From: Carcharhinus amblyrhynchos
Lineage: Eukaryota
Direction of reading: 5' to 3'
NCBI GenBank assembly: GCA_965287045.1
Contig: OZ336884.1
Location: 54,622,001 to 54,686,000, forward strand
DNA: 64,000 bases
Shown: positions 50,749 to 60,695 of the stretch, in pieces
How the letters are laid out: each line of letters opens with the position of its first letter
Numbering within the stretch: the stretch's first letter is position 1
Translations under genes and position numbers: made by a program
The notes under the pieces: generated by a model
Told to the model about the DNA's origin: nothing
Databases searched by the model: none
What the model saw: the letters and a program-made list of their open reading frames with translations, nothing else

Positions 50749-53444
50749 TCTCCTAAAATCTCTTCTTTTGGCCATTTTGTCAACTTGGACTACTGTGGAG
50801 CAATTTGTGACATTTTGTTAATATTAATTCTGTTACCAAATTGTCTGAATCTTTAGGGAATTAATAGTCCCTTTAGCGGAATAAAAGGAATTGAAGCAGT
50901 TAATTAAAACAAAATCAAATAAGGAAAGTAGTGAGGACATATAAAGTGAAACTTAGAGGTGGAAAATGTACCCTGAATCTTGGAATGCTGTGGGAAGTCA
51001 GAGAAAGTAGTAGAGATTATGACCATAATCAAATATCCTTCAGTAGCAATAGCAGGTCAGGGACTGTAGAAATGCCCATGTTGAGCCTTCATTCAGCTGA
51101 AAACACTAATGGTGGGCAATTCTCAAGCTCCTGTAACATAGCATAAAATTAATTGTCATTTACAAAGACATCGGCTAATTAAGCAAAGCCAGTTTTAATT
51201 TGTAAACATGAAGCTGTGTTTTAAAAAGACAAATGGATAAATATTTGATGTAGAAAATTTTGGAAGAGCTGGGAGATGAGTTCAATTGGATCACTCTTTC
51301 TGAGAGATTGTGGAGGTGAATGAGTTAAATTACTTCCTTCAGTGTGGTAAAAATGATGGCGTCATAGTCGGTAGAGTGTTTATCATTGTTTGAATAAATA
51401 ACTTTTTCCTTAGATCTGTTTTAAAAGTATCTTTCACTAATGTGAATTTTGTGTCCTCTACTGCTTGATTTGACATGATGTATATACACCTTTTAATGCT
51501 TTGCCTCCGTGAGGTCTTCCTTTAATCTTCTCTTAAGACTGTGGAGTTCAAGCTTTTCTAATCTCTTCTTATAGATAATCCCCTTTACAATTAGGATCAT
51601 TCTCATAGCAGTTCTCTATACTGTCACAATTTGTGCCTCTCCCTTTTAATCACGACATTGTACAGAGTTCTCCACCTGTAGTCTGATTAATGCACTATGA
51701 AATCTCACCAGAATCTCTGTAGTTTTACATTACACTGTTCTGGCTACATAGCTGAATATTCTAATTTTTGACATTGTTTTTCTTCATTGCCTTGATACTA
51801 AAAATGAATAGTCTACAATTATAGCTGATGGAGCAGGAAAGTAGCAAGGGTCAAGGACTGAAGACCAATAACCCACGGCTGTGGGCAACACGTGGAGTGC
51901 ATCCATGGGGAACTGAACTGCGGCAGAACAGTTTTGCATTGGGAGAATTGTGTTCTCTGAATGTCTGTCTGGTGGCAGACTTGTGCCTGATTTTCAGGAG
52001 TGGTACAAGATTGGCAACCTACTATGGCTTGGGTGAGGACAAGTTTGGAGCAGGGGGAGGTAGAGAGTGATAAATTTGAGTTTGGGGCATGGTTTAATTT
52101 GGTGTTGAGGTGGGGCTTTATAGATGAGGTTAAATTGTTGAGGTGGGAGACTTATTGGAGAAAATCATTGCTGAAGTGGAAGTTTGTTGAGATGTATGTT
52201 GTGATAGGGATTTTAGTGAGGTGATGAAATTATGCACTCGAGATTTTACTGATGGGGTCACATTATTGAACTGGGTACTTATTGTGTGAAAGGGATACTT
52301 CTGAGCAGAGTCTAGTGCTGAAGAGAACTTTATCAAGGGAGATGAGTGATGAGGGTCTGTCTCAGGCAGGTCTCTACAGGTATCATTTTCCTTTTACTTG
52401 TATCTACATTCGTGGTAATCCAGATCCTGCAGGATTGTGGCTTTAATATTAACATTGTGAGAGCTCTAAGCTAAGGGAGTAAACTCAGCATCAGTTCTAG
52501 GATGGAATCCTATCAGGCAATTGGTGTTTCCTTCTGACAACCCAAGCAACTGACAATAGGCTTTCGTCTTAGCTCTGGATATCAGCTTTCGAGGTCAAGA
52601 GGGATGTTGAGATGTTCATCAACAATAGCAGCTATCATCTTTGGCCAACACGTGAAATGTGCGTGGAATGTTGTTAAGCTGACATTTAGATTTATGAGGC
52701 TGTGTTCTCAGCACCCTATTGTGTGGTTGTGAAATATGGACAACTTACAACTATCAAAAAAGGAAGCTGAACAGCTTTCATTGTCACCGTTTACATTGCA
52801 TTCTGGCAAACACCATGGAAGGATAAAGTCACAAATGCAGCAGTCTTCTCAATGGCAAAGTTCAATGGCACTCATCAAACAGTTGGCCTTGCTGGTTCAG
52901 AGATGTTTGCAAGATGGAAGATGGTCACATACCTCAGGATTTTCTGTATGTTGATCTGGCAATACAGATGGCCACATTGCTGTCTATGTAATAGAAAACG
53001 CCACTTCAAGGTGCTCACACTGAAAGTAGCAAGCCTCAACGGTATCTTCACATGGCAGAACTTGCCTTTCACGTTGGTCTCTTTAACCATCAACAGAACA
53101 AGAAGCTGTCCCATCTTTGATGGATTTGATTTGCCAATATCCATCATTTACCCAAGTGCAAAAATGGTGACAACGATGGAGTCTACTGTTACTCCCTTTA
53201 AGTCTCGCTACTCAATTTCTGCCCCCTTCATTGTGAGGTGTTCTTTTTTCTCAGTTGTTTTACATTTCTCAGTATTAAATTTCATTTACATATTTTTGAA
53301 TAGCCTTTATATTGAAAGGTGATTTAAAAACATCAGTTTCTTTCTTAAAGATTGGCATGAAATTTTGGAACAACCTTTCAGATATGATGCTAAATTGAAG
53401 TTCCTTCTGCCTGCTCAGGTGAATGTAAAAGGACTCATTGCACT

Positions 53445-53925
53445 GATTTGGTTTGATTTATTATTGTCACACAAATTGGGATACAGTGAAAAGTATTGCT
53501 TCTTACGCGCTATAGGGACAAACGTACTGTTCAGAGTGCATAGGGGAGAAGGAAAGGGGAGGGTGCAGAATATATAATGTTATAGTTGGAATGTAGAGAA
53601 AGAGAAATATTAGGTCCATTCAAAAGTCTCCATTTAAAAGTCTGACGGCAGCAGGGAAGAAGCTGTTTTTGAGTTGGTTGGTACGTGATCTCAGACTTTT
53701 GTATCTTTTTCCTGATGGAAGAATGTGGAAGAGATTATGTCCAGTGTACATGGCATCCCTTGATTATGCTGGCTGCTTTCCTAAGGCAGCTGGAAGGGTG
53801 GGCGGAGTCAATGGATGGGAGGCTGGTTTGTGTGATGGACTGGGCTATGTTCACAATCGTTTTTAGTTTCTTGCAGTCTTAGTCAGGGCAGGAGTCGTAC
53901 CAAGCTGTGATACATCTGTGATACT
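53445..53925 (-). mobile_element. Rex1/Babar-like LINE 3' fragment
   Basis: The minus strand encodes a CITAWY motif (TGTATCACAGCTTGGTAC); (TGATT)n-like tail at about 53445-53460. Confidence 0.55.
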
Positions 53926-54957
53926 AGTATTTCTAAGACCAGGAAAGTTATAACTCCAGAAGTGTTATCCCCTGTATTTGGGCCAATGTTTATTCCTCAA
54001 TGAAGATCACAAGAAAAACAGAATGGGCTGTGACTTTGGGGCTCCCCAGCATCATATTTGGGAGGTACCCCTGTTACATGGTTCAATTATACTGCTTCAG
54101 TAACAATAAAGGATACTGATTGTAGACAAATTGGCACTGATAAAATGCCCGGATTGCTAGAAAGATCCTGTAGAGAAACATGATGAAAATACAGTTCTTA
54201 AAGGCATCATATCCCTGACCTGATCTGCCACAAACTCCTCCCTCCCCTCAGTCACAGGCACACCAAACACAATCTGATCCAACTGACACCCCCACTCTCA
54301 AGCAGGCCTGACTTTGTTCTCTCTTCCCCAATGCCCGACTACCCCCACCCCAATATCCAACCCATCCCCCCCACCAACTCAAATTTCACAGTAACTCCAT
54401 TACAATGTTAACGTAAGCCTTGAGTAATAAGTAAAAACTTTAAATCGCTGTGAACTTCAATGGCCATTTAAACTTACCTGGTTTGCAGCTGTTAAAATGG
54501 GGACATGTCCTGCTTCAATGAACAGAATGAAATCCCTACAGTGCAGAGGGAGGCCATTCAGCTCGCTGACCCCATGTGTTTACCGTGGTTAATCCATCTA
54601 ATCTACGTACCTTTGGACACCAAGGGGAAATTTAGCATAGCTAATCCATCTAACCTGCCCAATCTGACTGCTGGACAGCAACACTTTATAGAAAAGTGCT
54701 TTATAGGAAATGAAGTACTTTAGTGATGTCGTGATTGTTATACTATAAGAAACATGGTAGCCAATATGTTTAAAGCAAACAACAATGTGACAATAACCAA
54801 CTTCCTTGGAGTAGCAGTGTCAGATTGTGTTCTTTTAAGCCTGCCTCTGCTGAACTTCTGACATGATGTGGGTATGCCGGCGTTGGACTGGCGTAAACAC
54901 AGTAAAAAGCCTGACAACACCAGGTTTTAGTCCAACCTATTTATTTGATAATATACT

Positions 54958-54991
54958 CACAAGCTTTCGGGGTTAGTCCCTTCGTCAGGTG
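54958..54991 (-). ncRNA. Minimal hammerhead ribozyme motif (second copy on + at 55511-55544 with a 2-nt deletion in helix I)
   Basis: CAC-CTGACGA-A-GGG-actaac-CCC-GAAA-GCTT-GTG on the minus strand. Confidence 0.75.
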
Positions 54992-55206
54992 AATGGAGAG
55001 TTCTGGCCTCAGACAGAGCATATAAAGCACAGACAGTTTAGAGATTACTGATTAGAATGCGAATCCTTACACCTAACCTGCTGTTCAAGACCTGAAGTGG
55101 CTGATAATGTGAGTGGAAGGAGCACTGATCACAGGTTACAGAGATGTGTATTGTCTCCAGACAGTACAGTAAGTGAGGTTTTGCAAACCCAGGCAAGTCA
55201 CGGGGG

Positions 55207-55431
55207 TTACAGATAGTGCGACATGAACCCAAGATCCCTGTTGAGACCGTCCTCATGTGTGCGGAACTTGGTTATCAGTCTCTGTTCAGCGACTCTGCGC
55301 TGTCGTGTGTCGTGAAGGCCGCCTTGGAGAATGCTTACCCGAAGGTCAGAGGCTGAATGCCTGTGACCACTGAAGTGTTCGCCAACAGGAAGGGAACAGT
55401 CTTGCCTGGTGACTGTCGAGCGATGTTCATT
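55207..55431 (-). pseudogene. Uninterrupted C-terminal 74 codons of a PLE GIY-YIG endonuclease
   Basis: NEHRSTVTRQDCSLPVGEHFSGHRHSASDLRVSILQGGLHDTRQRRVAEQRLITKFRTHEDGLNRDLGFMSHYL* has the EH..., PV.EHF, E..LI and GLN motifs of PLE endonucleases. Not in the ORF track. Confidence 0.88.
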
Positions 55432-55959
55432 GTAAGGATTCGCATTCTAATCAGTAATCTCTAAACTGTCTGTGCTTTATATGCTCTGTCTGAGGCCAGA
55501 ACTCTCCATTCACCTGACGAAGGGACTAACCCCGAAAGCTTGAGTATATTATCAAATAAATAGGTTGGACTAAAACCTGGTGTTGTCAGACTTTTTACTG
55601 AACTTCTGACATGGCCAGGTGAGGTCCAGGTAACACAGCAGTCTTCAAGGTCCAGTGTTGCTGTCCAGCAGTCGGATTGGGTGGGTTAGGTGGATTAGCC
55701 ATGCTAAATTTCCCCTTAGTGTCCAAAGATACGTAGGTTAGATGGATTAACCATGGTAAATGCATGGGGTCGGTGAGCTGAATGGCTTCCCTCTGCATTG
55801 TAGGGATTCCATTCTACGCATTGAAGCAGGACATATCCCCTTCTCGAAGCACCTTGAGGCATCGGTGGTTATAAAATCACTATACAAGTGCATTTCACCT
55901 TTTCTCTCACAACAATTAAATTTTAAAAGCCATGTTTACCAGAGATTGCAACCATAAAT

Positions 55960-58900
55960 TTGGCTCCATGGTGTATGTACTAGCAACAATATAGATTCTG
56001 CAGTCTAATAATGCACTTGCTTGTGAAGTATGGAAAGGTAAACAAGGCATACAGTACATAACATGTTTTGTTTCCCTTAAAGATAATGCCAGTTTAACAA
56101 AACAGTTTCTGACCTAAGGAAAGAGGGTAGACTGCTTCAAAAAAGAAACATATGGGTTCACCTTACCTGTAACTTAGACACTCAGGAGGTCTTCTGTCCT
56201 GATATGGGTTATGGCGGACTTCTGATGCTTTTACAGAGCAATGTTTGTTGGAGACATATGACAGCTTAGGACTTCAGCAGAATGTGAAGTTGTGTCTAAT
56301 GTAGGTGAGGATGAGACAACTCCAACATCGATCTGCGTTTCATGGCTTGGAGATGGCTCTCTTGAAGTGGTGAAGTCAGTCTTTTCCATGAGAGATGTAT
56401 CCTTAGATTGTGCTTGACTTGGCGACAGTTGGTCAACATGTTTCTGCCAAATGAGATCATTTGTAATTTGGACTGTGCATGAATCAGGCCATGTCTAAGC
56501 AATCTCAGCAGCAGGAACACATTTAGCTCCAGTAACATAGTTACAAGCTAGAACTTCTTGTCCAAAACAGAAAATTCTTGACTTCGATCTTTGTGTTCTT
56601 CCCTCCACTTGGTCGTGCTGTTGATCTTGCACAACTTGTGGTGTTTTTGTTCATTTGGACAAATCAAAGCAAGCGTGTATTTGCCATTTTATTCGTAGAA
56701 GTAATGGTGATGCTTCAATATAGAATGTGGTGTATTTTGGTGTGGCAGCAGAAATGTGTCCAAATGCTTTTGAATGGAAGAATGTCCTCCTGTGCTCAAT
56801 TGAACTGTAGAAGTAGATAAGAACAGAGAGAATTTAGCTAAGGCTGTTTCTCACTCCCCAACACCTGGGTATTATGTGTGAGACACAAGTATCGATGTAT
56901 CACACCCAAGCTTAGAGGTAAGGAGGGGTAAAATACATCGGTCTTTTGGAATCTCTCAATTCAACTTTAGTGCTCCTGAACACACAATCACAAGCTTCTG
57001 TCCATTTCCAGGCGTTGTTCTGGCACAGAAACTCATGCAGCAGTTTCAGAAAGGTTGCCAGCTGTGTAATAAATCTCCTGTAATAATTCAGCAGCTCTTA
57101 GAATCAGCAAAGCTAGCTGATATTCTTGACCTTGAAGGGTGCTTTGTGAAGCCCAGCAGCATCAATGACGTGCCTTAAATATTCCACTGAGTGCTGAAAA
57201 AATTTGCGTTTGTCTTTGTGAACGCATAGACCATACTCCTCTAACCTTGATAGAGTGGAATCCAAATTCTTGGGATGATCCTCATCAGTCTTGTTACCAA
57301 AATGCTGCCAAGTTAGCACTGAATTCCAGGCAAGCCACTCAGGAGCTCGTCCACAGCCCTCAGGAAAAAGGCTGGATCTGGTGTTATTCCAAACTACAAT
57401 ATTTGTACAGTTACTTGTGTTGTGATGGTAGGATATTCTTGTGATTTCTCATCAACATGCATTTGTAAGTTGGCCTGGCATATTTTGCTGAATTGCTGTC
57501 CACCAGCCAGGCCAGCTGAAAGGTCCTCAATGGAATGGATATTGTTCAACGCATAGTTCTATGCACATCCATTTGTGCTATCTTTCTTGAGTATTGGAAT
57601 GATGGATGTTGCCCATTCACTATGGGAGATAGGTACCATGTTTCCAATCTTGACCAGACCCTCTAGGTCAGCTTTGACTTTTAGTTGTATGGCATAACGC
57701 ATAGCTCTGGCCTTCAGGAATTTTGGTTGAGAGTCAGCTTTGATGTTCAATTTTACAGTAATTCCCTTCATACTTCCCAAATCTCCTTCAGAAACAACAG
57801 CATTTTTTTTATGTAACAGTTGTCAGACTTGTTCTGTTTATTTCACTCCAGTTTAACTGGATCTTCTCCAACCATGACCGTCCAACTAAAACTAGGAAAT
57901 TGCCTTTGACCACAAAGTCGTAGCTTAGCAGTTTGTCCTTTTAGTTCCACTTTAGCCTCCATTCACAAGTACGGATTCCCCTGTATATGTTTTCTGATCA
58001 ATTTTTGCAGGTATCAAGAGAAACTGCTTATATATAGCATCTTGGACCAGAGAAACTGCTGTCCATGTATCCAGTTCCATAGGTATTGGTGGTTGTACCC
58101 AGTAGATCTGTAAACTACTTGCGATTGACAAGATATGGAGGGAACATTCTTCTTTGGACTTGGTGTCACTCTGGTTTTCCCATTCTGTATGACGTGCAGA
58201 TTTTTCTTCTTGTTATGTCAGACTGCAAATTTCTTTTTCTGTGGTTTGCTTTTTGGATTCACTGACAGTTTTTTGTTTTTGATGAACATTCAAAATGTCC
58301 CTTCTTGCCACATTGATGGCATTCCAAGGTCTTTGCACCAACATTCAGATGGATGGTGAACAGACTTTGCACAGTGGTAACTTTCTCGCTGCTTGCTATT
58401 TTCTGTGCATACTCAGCAACTACATTATGCTGTACTTCTTTTGTAGCCAGCTTCATGAGGACCGCAATCTCTGTGGCTTTCTGCAAAGTGAGGTTAGCCT
58501 CTGTCAGGGTGGCATGTCTGGATTGCTTCACTACAAGGCTACAGACCAACCTATCATGGAGGATATCGTTCAGTACTTGATTGAATTCACAATGTTCAGT
58601 GAGCTTTTAAAGTACTGCAACATACTGTGCAATTGTTTCCCCTCTTGGTTTCTTTTGTGAAATCTAAATCTTTCTAAGCTAGTGGCTTACGGGAAAAATA
58701 TATCTCTAGGATTTTTACAATGTCCTTATACGGTTTGCTAGGCTTGTCAGACCGCACCGAGCTTCTTAATAAGTCAAAGGTTTAAGCTTCCATCACATTT
58801 AAGAAAGCTGTCATCTATCACTTTCAATTCCATTTGCAAGGACAAAACCTCAAAGCTTTCATTGTGGGAGTTCCACTGTTCTCCAGTCTCATTGAAATGT

Positions 58901-59650
58901 CCCATTAGTCCGGTAAGTGTAATAATTTTCAGCCCCATAATTTTCCCTTTTTCACCAGTTACAGTGTTGCTACTTTAAACGTATTGCCACTTTCAGAGCT
59001 GTCAGTGCTGTCACCAATTCTTTTATTGACTATCTCTGCAGTTAGCAGTGGCTTTCTGTGCTGTGAGTTTCTCCCGCTATTCAGGTTTGCTGGGCTCACT
59101 GGCAACATGGCTGCTTTGCTTTTTTTAAAAACTTTAAAACGTTTTCTTCCTTTTTTAAAAAAAAGTGCAGTGATCTTGTTCTCTGGGCTCCAGAAATTGA
59201 CTTTAGTGCCGCCTTTTCTTTGAATGTCCCTTTTTTTAAAAAATTTAAAACAATAGTGCATCTTAATTGCCATTTTCTTTGCAAATCTTGTGACCAGCAG
59301 CAATTTTTAAAAAAATTGTTGCGATGCTCTGCAGTTTTCTTTTAATTTTAAAGACTGCGGGTTTCTTTTTGTTCTAAACTCTGCAGGTTCCTGTGTCTAA
59401 TGTTTTCTGTAATTCAGTTCAAATCCAACATGCAAATCACAGGTTGAAAAAACTTAAGCTCTATCATCCTCATTGCCAGTTGATTATATTTTATTACTGG
59501 TAGATTAATCAGCACATTTAGGCTTGGAGAAGATTCAGCATAGCAGCTTCTGTTTATTTTACTTTAGTGACTGAATTAACAACAGTGTGAATTCTGTTAC
59601 CCCATAATGCACTGGCCTGCAAAGTATGATAAGCTTAACAAGATCTACTT
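55960..59650 (-). mobile_element. Decayed Gypsy (Mag-like) LTR retrotransposon
   Basis: gag start at 58938 (MGLKIITLTGLMGHFNETGEQWNS), zinc knuckle CHQCGKKGH, protease MELDT near 58080, RT remnants EWATSIIPILKKD and VEYLRHVIDAAGLHK. PBS remnant TGGCAATGAGGATG (59465-59478) resembles the tRNA-Ser(GCT) type TGGCGACGAGGATG. Diverged LTR remnants ATAATGCACT..AAGTATG..AAG.T.AACAAG at about 56.0 and 59.6 kb. Confidence 0.88.
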
Positions 59651-59933
59651 AAACAGTCATACCTAGTCAGTATTCTGGAACAATTCTCTCAATCTGAAGT
59701 CTGTGTGACATCACTGTTTTATGAAGTAGGTCCTGCCTGAAATTTCTAATTTACAGACAGACCTGGAGCTCTAGAACAGGACAATAATGGCACTGCCAGT
59801 GTCTCTGAAGATAACAAGTGCCAAGGATTTCTTTGCTTCACAATCCAGCCTGAAAGGATTCTGTGACATCGCGAACAGAGCTCCCAGTTTATGTCCACTG
59901 CTGTATAAGGAAGGCAACTGACACTGCTAGGGG

Positions 59934-60250
59934 AATCATAGAATCCCTACAGTGCAGAAGGAGGCCATCTGGCCCATTGAGCCTGCACCGACCACAATCC
60001 CACCCAGGCCCTATTCCTGTAACCCCACATATTTATCCTGCTAATCCCCTGACAGTAAGGCCAATTTAGTATGGCCAATCAACCTAATCCGCACATCTTT
60101 GGACTGTGGGAGGAAATCGGAACACCAGGAGGAAACCCATGCGGACATGGGGAGAACATGCAAACTTCACACAGTGACCCAAGCCAGGAATTGAACCCAG
60201 GTTCCTGGTGCTATGAGGCAGCAGGGCTAATCACTGTGCCACCATGCCGA
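59934..60250 (-). mobile_element. HE1-type V-SINE
   Basis: Tail ATCATAGAATCCCTACAGTGCAGAAGGAGGCC; reverse-complement head GGCATGGTGGCACAGTG. Confidence 0.88.
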
Positions 60251-60575
60251 GAGGAGAATATATTATTCTGTCTGACTGGAAGGAAGCAGGCACTTTGCAG
60301 GTTGCTTCACCAGGTCAGTTGGCTTCCACTTGGTGCGGGATACTATTGATTGCACACAGTTGGCCACATCTAAGTGCAGAAATGTACTTAGGGGTCCCAT
60401 TCCTGAATGTTCAGTTGGTGCATCACCATGTTCAACATATCATGCAGGTGAATGTCCATTATCCTGGCAGCTGTTGTGATGTCTTTGTTTTACACCTGGC
60501 TGCTTTGGTATTCTTATTTGAGCAATCAGGCCAATTCAGATGGTGAAAACTGTGACGAGAGTGATCCAGTGACCT

Positions 60576-60695
60576 AAGATAAAAGCATAATACTGCAGAT
60601 GCTGGAATCTGAAACAAAAACAGAAAATGCATGAAAATCTCAGCAGGATGCTGTCAGACCGCCTGAGATTTTCCAGCATTTTCTGTCTTTGTTTA
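60576..60695. mobile_element. Family A PLE minimal foldback
   Basis: Arms AAACAAAAACAGAAAATGCATGAAAATCTCAG and CTGAGATTTTCCAGCATTTTCTGTCTTTGTTT, with an unpaired tail of about 35 nt on the left. TSD TGATCCAGT(G/A)A(C/T)CT at 60562-60575 and 60696-60709. Confidence 0.75.

Larger units (their letters stand above)
54866..55597 (-). mobile_element. Young 5'-truncated family B Penelope-like element with inverted pseudo-LTR
   Basis: Arms 54900-55071 and 55431-55600 differ by 1 substitution and a 2-nt indel. Tail 54866-54899. Flanking duplication CTGAACTTCTGACATG at 54850-54865 and 55598-55613 (includes microhomologies). Confidence 0.92.
54499..55840. repeat. 187-bp inverted repeat pair (54499-54685 and 55654-55840) containing a SINE fragment plus non-SINE flanks
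   Basis: Manual alignment is ungapped with about 20 mismatches in 187 (about 89%). Mirrored ORF-track peptides QREAIQL.DPM.LPWLIHL occur on both strands. Confidence 0.9.

Noticed and set aside
52852-53322. 156-aa + strand ORF
   Set aside because: No recognisable motif, no fit to the expected next TIAM exon, and composition typical of non-coding or repeat sequence.
58959-59303. Lys/Phe-rich ORFs on both strands
   Set aside because: Produced by A/T homopolymer runs in the Gypsy 5' UTR.
59750-59870. Possible next TIAM exon after ttacag/acag acceptors
   Set aside because: Phase-0 readings from either AG hit stops quickly and do not resemble the pre-DH sequence. The next exon is probably beyond the window.
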